From Felis catus (taxonomy: Eukaryota), in the NCBI RefSeq assembly GCF_018350175.1, contig NC_058368.1:171618001-171682000 (forward strand): DNA of 64,000 bases, written 5' to 3'. Shown here piece by piece: positions 10,631 to 23,764 of the stretch. Position 1 is the stretch's first letter; each line of letters starts with the position of its first letter. The notes beneath the pieces are model-generated. The model did no database searches. It was not told the DNA's origin and saw only the letters and a program-made list of their open reading frames with translations. A program made the position numbers and the translations under genes.

Positions 10631-12475
10631 TTTAAGAATCATTTTCAGATATCAAAAATAACGTGCCCAAATCCTACTTTATGGGAAGCCATTTTTTTTA
10701 GAAAATATGATTTAAAAACACAGTAGATCTGAATGTTTCTTGGCTACGGACAAAACCTAAAACATCTGGGAAGTCCCATGAGTTACCCTGTAGGGCAAGT
10801 TGGAGGCCAGCTAGAGGAGGCAGGTGTGTGTGTGGAGGTGGGGGGCTGGGTTCCAGGCAGATCTGCACAGTGAGACCGTCTGTAATTGATAGGACACTGA
10901 CATTGACAAAGCATTCAGGAGTGGAGGCAGAAAACCTACCTTAACAGTGGGCTCCCAAACATATATGAGGGATTGCATCTGTCCACTCAGAACCACACAT
11001 GTGCAAGTCAAAAATGTGTTTCAAGGTATCCCCAGACAAACTATTTATCCCTTATACATAACTGGGGAGCGTCACCTCATTCAAAATGTTCCTAAACACA
11101 ATATTCATACCACACACCAGGCCTAATGCTGAGGATTTTTAAACGAAGGTGTGACTAAGACAGGGTCCAAATCCACATAAATAACTCAGTTGGGTGTAAT
11201 GAGGGCTGTGGGGAGACAGAAAGAGCATGCAGAAGATTCTGGGAAGTAACTGGAGAGCCAGGAGGAGAACAGGCTCGTGTCATGAATCCCAACAGAGAAG
11301 GAAGTTTCAGTGAAGCAGCAGTGGCACAGCTTCAAATGACACTGCAGAGAACCAGTCTGGCATCTGGAGGCCCCTCATCATATGGAGGGAACAGGTTCCG
11401 GAGACTGGCAGGCATGGAGGCCAGACTGAAGGGAGCTGAAGTTTGCAAAACAGGAAAAGAAGGGGATAAGGACACCATTTTATGGGGATGCACAGTGAAG
11501 AAAACACTGAGCGTTTCTGGGTTTTTGGTTTTTTGTTGTTTTGTTTTGTTTTTCACGTCAGACGGGTAATGTGCTGATGTTGTAACAAGGTTTAAGAGTG
11601 GCACATGTCACACAACAGCGTGAACACCCAATCATCACACTTAAGAATTACAAAAGGATCGGGTTTCTGGGTTTTTTTAAGGATGGAAGAGACTTGACAA
11701 AGCCCTGGTATAGGAAGACGGGGCTTGCATAGCCAACCAGGGAGAAGAGCCTTGGAAGGGGCAGGCCCCTTCTCTGAGATGAAGGAGAAAAGAAGCATGG
11801 GTGCAGCGGGGTGTGAAGACAGAGAGGAGGGAAGCACAGGGAGTTTCTGCAGACTGCCTTCAGGCTCTCCTGAGTGAACAGGGGTCCTGTGCTCAGGCCT
11901 GCAGGATGGGAAGCCCAGGGTGGAGAGGGGGAAGGTCTACAACAGCCACTGTGGGGAAAAAGAGAGAGCTACAGAAGACTCAAAGGACTGCCACGCAGAG
12001 ACGAGTTCCCAAATGAGATTGGAAAACTGTGCTGACATCTGTTAGAAGACAAGCTTTTCTCTAGCAACACTGGGGCAGGGGTAGCAGAGAATGTATACAG
12101 ATTCACATCCAGCATTAGAGCTGGCCAATCTGGGTATGGCAGGAAAAGAGAAAATGGAAGCCACAGCAGGAAATACGTCCAGGACAGGACTGACCAGGGG
12201 ATCCAAAATTCAACAGAAAAAGAAAGAAAGCCTAGAAGAAGTTGACAAGGGGAAAATGTGTAAGCAGAGAGGCTGACATATAAAAATCAACTGGAGAGAG
12301 GACAGGAGGCTCCAATCAAAGAGGGAGTTATGAGTTTAAGATTTTGCAAAGTAGACAAGTTTCAGGTGATAACAAGGTCTAGGGTTTAGCCTCATCTGTG
12401 GGCTGCTATAAAGAATAGCGGTCAGGGTCATGAGGTCAAGGCAGCAGTGTGAGGGATGGGAGATAGCACGGTATA

Positions 12476-12670
12476 CAGCAGTGCTCCCTAACACAACTTC
12501 ACTTCTGTAGTGATAGAAATATTCTGTTTATGGGGTCCCACAGCAGCCACCAGCCACATGTGGCAATGGACCACTTAAAATGTCCCAAGTATGACTGATG
12601 AAGTGAGTTTTTATTTACTTAGAGTTCATTTAAACTTAAATAAGCACATGACTAGAAGCTGCCATACAAC
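12476..12670. mobile_element. MER3-like hAT MITE
   Basis: 'ttctgtagtgatagaaatattctgt...ccagccacatgtggcaatggaccacttaaaatgt'. Confidence 0.8.
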
Positions 12671-12685
12671 TAATGAAGATGTAGA

Positions 12686-13087
12686 ACAATGGTTTTCAAC
12701 TTTGTTCAACAGAATTACCTGGAGAGACTTAAAACATACAGCTTCCTGGGTCCCACTCCCCAGAGACTGATTTAATTAGTTGGGCATGGTCCTAGGCATC
12801 AGTATATTTTAAATATCTTTTTCTAATTTAGTTTTGTTTTTGAGAGAGAAAGCATACACATGAGCAGGGGAGAGGGGCAGAGGGAGGAAGAGAGAGACAG
12901 AGAGAGAAATTTTAATCAGGCTCCATGCTCAGCACAGAACCCAATATGGGGCTTGATCCCGCACCCCTGGGATTATGAGCTGAGCCAAAAATCAAGAGTC
13001 AGATGCTCAACCGACTGAGCCACCCAGGCACCCCAGTGTCAGTATATTTTAAACTTGACCAGATGCAGTCAAGTTTGAGAACCACTG
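12686..13087. mobile_element. MER5A-like element split by a Can-SINE
   Basis: Termini caatggttttcaac ... tttgagaaccactg; 'agaattacctggagagacttaaaa'. Confidence 0.8.
12817..13034 (-). mobile_element. Can-SINE
   Basis: TSD tcagtatattttaaa on both sides. Confidence 0.95.
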
Positions 13088-13310
13088 GTAGAGGGGTTAA
13101 GAACACAGATTCTAGAGTCAGATGACATGAGTTCAAAGCCAAATCTGCTGATTTTGACTTCTGTGACTTTGATCAAGTAACTTCATCTGTAAAATGGGGA
13201 TAATGACCTATCTACCTCATAGGGCTAGTCTGAAGATTACATGACATACATAAAAGTGGTTGATAACAGTGCCTGGCACATCTTAGTTCCTTAAATGTTA
13301 GTCATTACTA
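13088..13310 (+). mobile_element. MIR
   Basis: 'ttcatctgtaaaatggggataatgacctatctacctcatagggct' is the MIR core. Confidence 0.9.
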
Positions 13311-14880
13311 TTCCAAACAGATGTTGGAGGCTGACAGCTCAAGGAGAAAACAGTGGATGGGAGTCGCCAAAGGCCTAAATCTATGTTGAGGAGGTACCTG
13401 GAAGTCAGGAAATGACAGGGTAGAGGGTAAGAAGAAAGTAAGAGAGAACAATAAATAAAGGGAAGAGAAACAACCTGGAAGAGGCAGTAATAAATAAGGC
13501 AAGAAAATGCAGACCCTACTCTGTGGCAAAATGGGAAACTACACATAAGGAGAAAGAACATGGGAACCCATGTATCAGGAGAAGGCCAAATCTTAGTTAG
13601 GGAAGAACACGGAAAAAATGTTTAGTTCAATTTGACAGAATTCTACCTCCTCACCCAAAATGTTAACATAAGTTAATTATCAGTCAAGTAATGATTTTCA
13701 TATTTCCCCCCCTGCCTTACAGTTCACCATTTATGAAAACATCCAGGAAGGACTTCTGATGGTGAAAATACCATTTTCTAATTGGGACTCCACAGGAAGA
13801 GCCACCTCTGCACAACTTAAGAGTAAATACTTTATGATTCATACTTGATCCAGTTCAAACCCGGCTTCATCAGGGTTCACGTCTTTGCAAACCATATGCC
13901 CAGACTCTATGTGCAAACCTATTTTATTTGTCCTTTTAACTAAGTCTTTTTAAGTCTTAGGGAACACTCGTGCCACTAATAAACACAGTATTATTACCTT
14001 CGGGTAAGAAAAATGAGTATTATGTGTGACTAAGGTTAAAAGTATTTTTAAAAATTTTAAGAACAGGTGGATGTGGAAGGGAAAAGTAACCACCAGTCAA
14101 TGTCTTAGGTTGCAATTTTTTTTCTATTTCTCTAGAATTCCACATAATTTAATGAACACAGATTTTTACTCAAATTTCAATGTCACCACCAGATTATTTC
14201 TTCAGCTTGCAAATGAAAATTAGTAATAAAGTATTCAGTTATTGGTAACTAGGTAGACAAGTTACTAGAAGCTCAACAGCTATTTCAAAGATAGTTTCTA
14301 TGCAACTCAATTGGCTGAAGTTAAGCAATACAGTGCATGTAGATTAAGTGTTTCAAATGGATCCATTATATTTATATTTTTACCAAACAAACAAAAAAAA
14401 ACTAAGTCTGAAATTTCTTTATGGACTAGTTATTTGCCATGAGAAAGATAAACACCTACAACCTCTTTCCTATAAGCATGTGTCACACTTCAAAGTGACA
14501 TTTCACATGGTTTGGGTTTGCTAAGTGGGTTTATATATCAGCACAAGTGCAGTTTCACTGCTGAAACACAATTTCCAATACAATGAAGTTCATTTCTAGT
14601 TCCTTATCAGGAGCCAGTTTGAGAGCACTGACAATGTAAAAATAAAAACACTCTTCCGAACCCAATCCTAACACAACTACAAGCTCTGCAGGGACTACCT
14701 TTTACAAAAGACTACCAGGCATGCAGAATTCCACTCCTTCAGCTGTTCCTCCCATAACTGCCCACTAGAGATGCTTGTCTCAGAGCTATATTGAGATCCG
14801 GTAGCTGGAAACAAAAGCATAACCAATGCACATTCTATTTGTTTTGATTCCTTCAGCAAGCAATCCTTACTTTTCTTTTA

Positions 14881-17676
14881 AGTTAGAGCTCCATTAAATC
14901 CCAGGGACCTAAATACCACCATCAACCAGTCTAAGTCAAGTTTATTGTGGTCAGGGGATTGATGATGTTTTGGCCTCTTCCATCTCATGGTGGAACCAAT
15001 AAATCTGTGGACCCACCCTATGGTTATTTTGCAGTTTCTCAACGCATTACCGGAGTAAACATATGTAACTACTGGGAGAATTCCCACAATGGCTTCCTGA
15101 CTATGGAAGATGGGCAATTATGGTAAGAATGACCAAGTGAAACGTCCTGAACTTCCCTCCTTACCAGCACAGTAAACCAATAGAAATGCCACATCTGGGG
15201 GAAAACTATAGACATTAACACTGATGAAGAAGCATAAGGCAAGCTGATACCCTGCAAACCAAACCACCCCCAACAAAGTGGGATATGTGGCACTCCTGGC
15301 TGCCCAAGAACAAAGGAAAGGACAGAAAACAAAGGGTTAAACTGATAGCGTCTCCTTCAGTTTACAAATATCTTAGTAATGTTACAAGAAAAAGGAGATC
15401 TTATCGACAGCCTAATCTCCAGGAACTCCCTACTGTCTTAATGAAAATGCTTTGGTAGAGGGAAAAACAACCTGAGTTTTGTTTTTTTTTTTACAATAGC
15501 TAGGCCTTCAGTAATCTGTGTCTTCTTTAGCATATGGAAATCCCTTTAAGAAACTCCCTCTTGACTTTTATCTCCCCCAACTCCACAGTATATAAGCAGT
15601 CACTCTTCACAACCTCAGTGCAGCTCTTGCTGCCCAGGGGTTCCATCCCCATGCTTCGACAAGATCACCTTTTTGCACCAAAGACGTTTTCAAGAATTCT
15701 TTCTTAGCCGTCGGCTCCGAATCCCCACCACCACTCCAAAACCCCATCATACCACCACCAAAAGCTTGACATTTTAAGAACAGATAATTCCTATCACATT
15801 CCTGTTTAATTCACCTTTTTTTGCCTGGGCAGAAAGCAGGTAGATCTTGGAAAATGGCCAGGGATTATCCTAAATCCATTCAGGCAGTGGCTCCGATGTG
15901 GCTGATTTACCAAATCAAGTACTTTTCTGGAGCACATCTAGTGCCTGATACCTGATATGAAGCTACTAATCTGGAAAATGCTTTATCAATATGTAAAGAA
16001 CACATGAAGCCATTTGCTTTTATTTTGCAAGGTCAAGAACTGTAACAACTCTCCTCTCAGCTATAATCTCATCTACAGAGCTGTCGCTTGTCTTCACATC
16101 CCGCAGACCATCACACTGGGCCCCTGCATTGATTACACCATGCTGCCAGGACCTGATAAACAGGAAGTAACAAATCCTTCAGATGTCTTCGTAAAATGCA
16201 TTCAAGCTTGATGATGAAAAACAAAACCATGAAGATTCAAAGACTGCAACCTCAGTAAAGTGTCTGGGAATCCAGTGGTCTGGAACGTGTTGGAATATCC
16301 CCTCCGAAGTGAAATGCAAGTTGCTGAACCCTGAACTGCTTCCCACTAAAAAAAGAGGCACATGATTCATGGGCCTTTTTTGCATTTTAAAGACAATGCA
16401 TACCACATTTAATAATCTGCTCACTCCTTTACTATGTAACCTATAAGACCATCAGTATTGAGTAGGGCCCAGAGCAAGAGATGGTTATGCAGCATGTCTG
16501 GTCTGCAGCACAAACCACTATGCACTTGGGTCTTACCATGCAGCATATCCAATTCACTGAATCCAGTAGGATCCAGAGAACTGCAGCACAAAACTCTCAG
16601 GTTCTGGAACGAAGCCAAGTCCTCTTCTGCAGATAACAGTCCTTTTAAGAAATGACTCCTGGATTGCCACTAGGTCTTGTCAGGGCCTGATTAAAGGTTA
16701 TTAAGTAACCATGTGACCTGAGCTGCCGTGGCAATCTAAATGTTATCTGACCCCCCTGGTCATAAGGTTGGGCATGTACAGAAGCAATCCGTCACCAAAA
16801 GACAACGGTATGAAAGCGATCAGATTCAAGCATGACTACAAGGCACAAGAAGTTGCATGGGCAGATGGCTCAGATAGGTCTAATATCTACTCCTACTGTA
16901 CTACCACACCTAGAGCCTCACAAAGAGCTCCTTATGACCAGCTGACTGAGAAGGAAACTTGGGCCTGGGTTAGAGACAGTTTGCATGGTATCCACGCACC
17001 AAGCAAAAGTGGACTCCTACAGCCTTACATCCCCAATAAAGAGTGTCCCTAAAATATACTTCATGAAGAGAAATCATCCCAGCAAATAGAACTGTGACCA
17101 GTACATGTGCCTGTCCACTCCATCGATACTGAGAAATGGCCAGGATCACAGATCTACACTGAGTCATGTGCAAAGGCTAATGGTTAATCTGGACATTCAA
17201 GGACTTGGTGAAAAAACTGCATTCAGAAGAAAGGGTGTAAGAAGACCTAGGGAAGGTGCAAATGGATAGAACTTTCAGAATGAGCACAGTGTATGAAAAA
17301 TATTTTTGTTCCATGTGAATGTATACCAAAGGCCTTCCAACGCAGAAGGGCCTCTTAATAACCAGGTGAACAAAATTACCAATCTGTGGATGTCAACCCC
17401 TTTCATCAGCCACCCCCATGCTTCCTCAGTAGACTTCAAGTAGAAGTGACCACAGTGACAGCAACAGAGCATATGTATGGATTCAACAACATGGACTTCT
17501 CACAAAGGCTAACGTGGCTCTTGTCAATAATGAGTACCTAATATGCCAACAGTGAAACCAGTCCTCAGTGCCCAAGATGGCAACATTCCCCTGGAGGACC
17601 AGACAACCACTCAGTGGCAGAGGGATTACACTGGATCCTTTCCATCAAGGAGGAGGCAATGATTTGTCCTCACTGT
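14881..17676 (+). mobile_element. Decayed ERV-L internal region (protease end, RT, RNase H, integrase N-terminus), interrupted by a solo LTR
   Basis: Colinear similarity to ERV-L Pol as I recall it. ORF 16014-16211 'NSPLSYNLIYRAVACLHIPQTITLGPCIDYTMLPGPDKQEVTNPSDVFV' resembles NSPALCHNLVRRDL...ITLVHYIDDIMLIGPSEQEVANTLDLLV. RNase H YTDS-like motif near 17156. Integrase 'GDQPATWWQVDYIGPLP'-like segment near 17590-17645. Many stops and frameshifts. Confidence 0.92.
15222..15749 (+). mobile_element. Solo LTR (ERV1-like, probably carnivore-specific) inserted in ERV-L pol
   Basis: tgatg...catca inverted termini; TATATAA at ~15589; ERV-L reading 'EISATIKDL'-like is continuous across the insertion; TSD not clean. 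Confidence 0.8.
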
Positions 17677-17964
17677 ATATATCCCAGTTACACAAATGTA
17701 CGTGCATGCAGATACACACATAACCCGTGTATTTATTTTTCTTCACTTTTCCTTTCTTCATCCTTTTCAAGAAGAATTGATCATGGTGGTTAACTTTACA
17801 GTTTAGTTTCTAGGTTACAGATTATTCCTCTGGAATTGTGAATATACTAGAGAAGATCATTTCACCCAGAGGCAAATAACTAACTGTTACCCAGCAATTA
17901 AGTTCTTAATCAGAGATCCTGCTGTCCATAGTTAATGGATTGCAATCACATGGGGGGGAAAAAA

Positions 17965-18692
17965 CAAGTCAGCCACCTGAATTGCAAAATTTTTAAAGGC
18001 TGATAATACCAAGTGTTGGCAAGTATGTGGAACAATTGGAATTCTCATATATTGCTAACTGGAGACTAAACTGGTATATCCACTTTGGACAACTGTTTGG
18101 CATTATCTTCTAAAGTTAAACACACATGTACCCTATGATGCAGGAATTCTACTTCTAGCTGTACATGTAAGAGAAATGAGTGCATACGTCCACAAAAAGA
18201 CTCAGCATTCTTTAACAATGCTCAGAATAACTTATAATAGCTAAACCTGGTCCGTCACCAGTAGAATGGATAAATTGTACTATATTTATACAAAAGAACA
18301 TCACACCAAAACGGAAAGGGTGGGGGGGTGGAGAACTTCTGCTATGAGCAATAACATGAAAGAATTCCAACGCATTATGCTAAGCAAAAGAAGTCACAGA
18401 GAAAAGAATACATGTTGTACTATTCCATTTATACAATGTCATAAACAGGTGAAATTCATGTACAGTGCTAAAGGTCAAAGTAGTGGTGTCCCTCCAGGTG
18501 GGTGAGTTGAGTGGGAAGGGAGGTAATGTTTGCAAAGAGACACAAAGGAGCCTCCTGGGGTACCAAAAATATTCTGTATCTTGTTCTGGATGGTATTTAC
18601 ATAATTGTATCTACACGCAAAAATTCATCCAGTTGTGTATTTAACAACTGTGTATTTTACTGTAGGTTATATATCAATAAAATTGTTTTTAA
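17965..18692 (+). mobile_element. L1 3' end (L1MC/ME-like)
   Basis: 'ctgataataccaagtgttggcaag...gaattctcatatattgct...attctgtatcttgttctggatggt...tatatatcaataaaa'. Confidence 0.85.
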
Positions 18693-20765
18693 GAGATTTA
18701 TTAATATGTATGGATTAGTTAGGAGAGAATCTAGAGGAGTTTTTGTGGGGGTTTTTCCAGTTCTCTAATGGTCAGTGATCCAACAAAGGTAAAAAACAAA
18801 AACAAAACAGATAATTCATCAAATTTTCAATTGAGAGCTTGCTTAGAGAAACTTCCATCTTCCTACATAGCCAGATGTACCCAATCATCTAATACAGCCA
18901 ATTTCAATCACTCTCTATGCTCTCTAATATTCATATGGCTGGAATAACTTAAGTGTTTAATTTGAACCAACTTATTTCTTGCTTCAGTTTCAAGGATAAG
19001 TAGGAAAAATGTCCCTGAAAGCCTTGATGAGCTAATTTTAAATGTAAGTCCTATATCATATACTACTTTAAAGTTACCCTAAATGATTATGATATAGCAT
19101 CTTCACTTTCCATCTTAACATACCATGTTTCAAATCTCAAAATATCCATTTGAACTCTAGAATTACTTAAATGCACATTAAAAAAATAAAGCACTTTTAT
19201 CCACACTAGGGAGCCAATAGAAATCCAATACATTTGTAAAAGTGATTATCAGAGAAAATAAGAGCATCTGATTCTTAAAATATTTTATTACGTTGACATT
19301 TTTTTCTCCTTTCTTGACAAGCCAGGCTATCAAGGTAAACTAATTTAAATTCTTGGGCTTGTTGGTAATAACAAACCAAATGGATGAGCTTACCATTAGA
19401 CTAAGGATCCTGTTTTAGATTTATAAAACAAACAGACCATTAATTTTAAAAGTCAACCAAAACATTGACCTCAGTTTGCCAAGGTTAATGTCAACATTGC
19501 TCAAAATTAAACCTTAGGGGACAACAGATAAGTCTTCAACACTCAACTAAAGTTCCCTAAAGTAATCATTAACAATGGTCTTTACCCCACTCTTCCAAAC
19601 ATTACCCTCCTTAAGACAATTCATCATTTCTAAAATAATAAATGTAGTAAAATGATACCAACTCTGAGGGCTCATCCCAAATTTCATCTGATGGCTCAGG
19701 AGGTTTTCAGAGCCATCTGACGGCTTAGGAGGTTACCTTTAGGAGGTAGATGCCTTTATCTGTATCTTTATTCAATTATTCTTATAGTCTAAGATTTTAA
19801 ATATTAAGTTTACAGTTTAAAATTAAACTGTTATATAATCCCACTGCATGCACATTTCAGCCGTTTCTATTAAAATTGCATGTTAGTGTTTTCCCCTACT
19901 TAAATCAGACATTTGCTTCACAACCTAAGTAGTTTCAGTGGTATGTGCCTGTAAATTTTCAGAGTGTAACTCTCATAAAGTATTCAATAATGAAATTTAC
20001 TTTTAAAAAAGAACAGCATGGACTCCAAGAGAGGTAATAATGAACTTGTGCCAATATTTTTATGCACATTTATTCTATGTAGAACATTTACAACATTTAC
20101 ATTACATTTACAATGTTTCACTTCCAGTTTTATTGTATTGATCTGGAATTGCTGCTAATACTGTTTCATTTTTCACCAATAATATTGACATTATTGCCAA
20201 ATTCCTACTGGATATACGCCATGATATAAGCACATTCTTATTAAAGGTAAGGCAAATAACCTGAGAAACTCAAAGCAGGGATGGGGCGGGGGGTACTTTT
20301 TTCACAAGTATTGTTCCCAAAAGGAAATCATACTATAGGTATGCAGCTTTTTTTCCCTAAATTAGGATGTCTGATAAAAGGTACCTGATTTCTTAAGAAG
20401 CCTTTCTCTCTAAATCCTGACTCTGAAGAAATATCTAAACATTCTCTCACCAGACTTTCAGCACTTTTTTGTACTAATTACTACAGCAAATAAAGGTGTA
20501 TTATTTCCCAATTCATAATTCCCATCTGTATGTAAGGTTAGAGTCTCTAAGTCTATTTTCACTTCTTAAATTGAACATAAACTGTAAAATAAATATGCAA
20601 TATGTATATTAGGTCTAAATATAATTTAATACATACATCCTTATATACATAGAACTTTTAGTACCTAATGTGAGCATATAGTACTACATGCTAAAGTAAA
20701 ATAAATCTGAGCTAAAGAATTAAGGTAAATATCCAGAAAAACAAAAGATACCTATTCCCCATTTG

Positions 20766-20988
20766 TTTTTTTAAAAAAAATTTTTTTCAACGTTTATTTA
20801 TTTTTGGGACAGAGAGAGACAGAGCATGAACGGGGGAGGGGCAGAGAGAGAGGGAGACACAGAATCGGAAACAGGCTCCAGGCTCCGAGCTCAGCCCAGA
20901 GCCTGACGCAGGGCTCGAACTCACGGACCGCGAGATCGTGACCTGGCTGAAGTCGGACGCTTAACTGACTGCGCCACCCAGGCGCTCC
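20766..20988 (-). mobile_element. Can-SINE, young felid type, no TSD seen
   Basis: CpG-rich near-consensus body; flanks do not match. Confidence 0.97.
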
Positions 20989-20999
20989 AGGTTCTCCTC

Positions 21000-21360
21000 T
21001 TTCAGGCTCCATCTTCTCTAGACTTCACTCCCACCTATTCTATACTTGGTCTTTCCTCGCTGGTAAAATAGAGCTGATAATTGTCACCTGCATGTTTCCC
21101 CATGCTATCTCATGCCTCTGTGTCTGCTCATGCTGTTTGATATTCTTGGAATTCTCATTGGAACTTTCTTCCCTGAGAATCATAGTCATTCTTCTGGTCT
21201 CAGGAGAACTTTCCTCCAGGAATCTTCCTTATTGGTCTCATTAAGGGAAATCACTTGCTAGTCCCAACAGATTAAGCTGCCAGGGAGCAGAGACCATATC
21301 CTATACAGACCTATTCTATGCATAGCATAGCAGAGAGACACAAGAAATACTTGCTGTGTA
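21000..21360 (+). mobile_element. L2 3' fragment
   Basis: 'tctcatgcctctgtgtctgctcatgctgtt...agattaagctgccagggagcagagaccat'. Confidence 0.65.
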
Positions 21361-21469
21361 AAAAACAAAAAACAAAAAAACAAATAACACCACACCACAC
21401 AATAAAAGTAATTTGACTTATTTAAGCAAAAGTTACTAAGATTAAAAGCATTGAAACATTTTAGAGGCA

Positions 21470-21690
21470 GGGGTGCCTGGGTGGGTCAGTCCATTAAACA
21501 TCTGACTTTCACTCAGGTCATGATCTCACGGTTCATGCGTTCATGAAGAGGTATGAGCCCTGCTGTGCTGACAGCTCAGAGCCTGGAGGCTGCTTCAGAT
21601 TCTGTGTCTCCCTCTCTCTCTGCCCCTCCCCTGCTCATGCTCTGTCTCCTTCTGTCTCAAAAATAAATAAAACATTTAAAAAAAAATTTT
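21470..21690 (+). mobile_element. Can-SINE
   Basis: Head ggggtgcctgggtgg; tail; aacatttta flanks. Confidence 0.95.
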
Positions 21691-22021
21691 AACATTTTAA
21701 GAGTATTTTGAATACCATTTACATTTGCATTGAATTACTGGTAAATAAAGAGGACCAAAAGAAAAATTCTTAGAAGCTTTGTTGAGCCACAGGAATATTA
21801 TCTTTCCCTTTATTATCATGGCAAATAAAACAATACTAAAAATCAGGTTAGCGTGTTTCATTGTTTCCATTCCAATAGATTTTTCAAAGAACGGTTATTT
21901 TTCTTATAGATGTTCTTGAAGAAATAGCTGTACAGTCAGATCCAGACATGGTATTTCTTTAATTAATCAGAAAATCTTATGAATGTACTTGGGAGTTACT
22001 TTTAAAATACCTGTAAGTCCT

Positions 22022-22276
22022 GGCACCTGTGTGGCTCAGTCTTTAGGCAACTGACTTCAGCTCAGGTCATGACCTCACAGTGAATGAGTTCGAGTCTCAC
22101 CTTGGGTGAGTTCAAACCCCACTTCAGATGAGCATGGGCCCTGCTTTGGGTGAGCCCTGCTTCCCCCTCTCTTGCCCTCTCTCCCCTCTCACTCTCTCTG
22201 CCCCTCCTGAGATTCTCTCTCTGCCCCCTTGCTCACTGTGCCCTCTCTCTCTCTCTCTCTCTCAAAGAAAGAAAGA
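22022..22276 (+). mobile_element. Can-SINE, divergent subtype with internally repeated 'gggtgag' units
   Basis: ggcacctgtgtggctcagtc head; repeated gagttc/gggtgag blocks; CT tract. Confidence 0.85.
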
Positions 22277-23566
22277 GCTTGTGATTTTTTTTTTTTACTA
22301 AATGACGATTTATGACATGTTCCTACTTTAATGTTAAGAAATAAAGCACCTGAAATCATGTCTGAAAAAGCTAACTAAATTCATTTACGTGTGTCTCACT
22401 ACTTGAGAAGCCAAGGTCTCACTACTTACTTGCATCCACACAGCACTGAGTGCAGACTGTACGTAGTGTGGGGCTCAATGACCACTTATTTCTATCATGA
22501 GCAGTGTGCTGTGCTAAGTATCTTTTTTTCATTCGTTTACTTAATATTTACAACATTCTTAAGATAGTTGTTTTATCTACATTGTATGGCTAAAGAAATA
22601 TTGTGTAACTGAAGACATACTGAGGGGTCCCCAGCCTGCTACTGGAATTTACTGGGAGGCAGCAGGAATGCCTGTCATCTGGGAGTTCCCAGTGTTCAGG
22701 GTAGAAGGAGAGGACACAGAGCACAGATCGCTTGGCTCCACTTTAGCCTGAAGCAAAAGCCACTGCCGCTAAAGGCTCTCTGACCTCTAAATTCTGATGA
22801 ACACCCCAGGGCACCTGCTCCGGCTCCCTGCCAGCTCTGGGTTGTAGGTCTCCAGAACTGTTCCTGCCTCTGTCCTGGCTTTAACCACTTTCGTTTCTCT
22901 GCAAAACTGATAACTTGTCCATCTTTCAGGAATTACTCCAAAATTTTAATCTGTTAATGGCATTATATATCTTTCTTGAATTTTTAAGGATTATTTTTTC
23001 TTTAAAAAATTGTCATTTTTGTAGCATTGGTCAGCATATGGATGGTAACGGATGTGCTCATTTTACCATATTTATAAGATGTCCTAATCAAAGTAGACAT
23101 TTGACTGATGATAAACAATCCAGCTGTCAACCTGATCTAGATTAAATAAAAATATTCATGGATTTTTTAAGAAGATTGAGTTTTCAAGTTACAAATCCTC
23201 AATTTAAAAGTGAGTTATGTTCCAAAAGCTGGTTGTTTAGAACACAGATTTTTTTTTCCCCTGTCAGAAATGGTTTTATTCATTCATGCAACACCGATCA
23301 TGGTCTAAGCACTATTTTAAATGCAGATACTGTGATCAATAAAACAGACAGGGTCCCCATCTATTATAATTTCTGTAATTTCGGAAAACTTTGGTATAAA
23401 CAAAGCATATTTTATGTGTGTGTTTACATAGTAAGACTTTACTGACACCCTAGCAGTCATTCGTTAGCACTTCAAGTACTGTTATCAGGAGTTCACACTC
23501 CTGCTTAGCACTTTAAATATCACTATTTTAAAATACAACAAAAGGTTTGTTAATTAGCAAAGGGAT

Positions 23567-23764
23567 TTTTTAAAATTTATTTTAGAGAGAGAGAGCATGT
23601 GCAAGTGGGGGTGAGGGGCAGAGAGAGGGGGAAAGAGAGAATCTCAAGCGGACTCCATACTCAGCATGAAGCCCAGTGCAGGGTTCCACCCCACAGCCCT
23701 GGAATCATGACCCGAGCTGAAATCAAGAGTCAGATGCCTAACCATCTGAGCCACCCAGGTGCCC
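23567..23764 (-). mobile_element. Can-SINE
   Basis: TSD agcaaagggatt / agcaaagagatt. Confidence 0.95.

Noticed and set aside
6959..17676. MLT2D LTR and ERV-L pol as one provirus
   Set aside because: The 7.5 kb between them contains MIR and L2 relics older than ERV-L, so it is host DNA rather than proviral interior.
21910..21950. Plus-strand mini-exon ttcttatag|ATGTTCTTGAAG...GACATG|gtattt (DVLEEIAVQSDPDM)
   Set aside because: Weak donor, isolated, and opposite to the inferred gene strand; compatible with chance.
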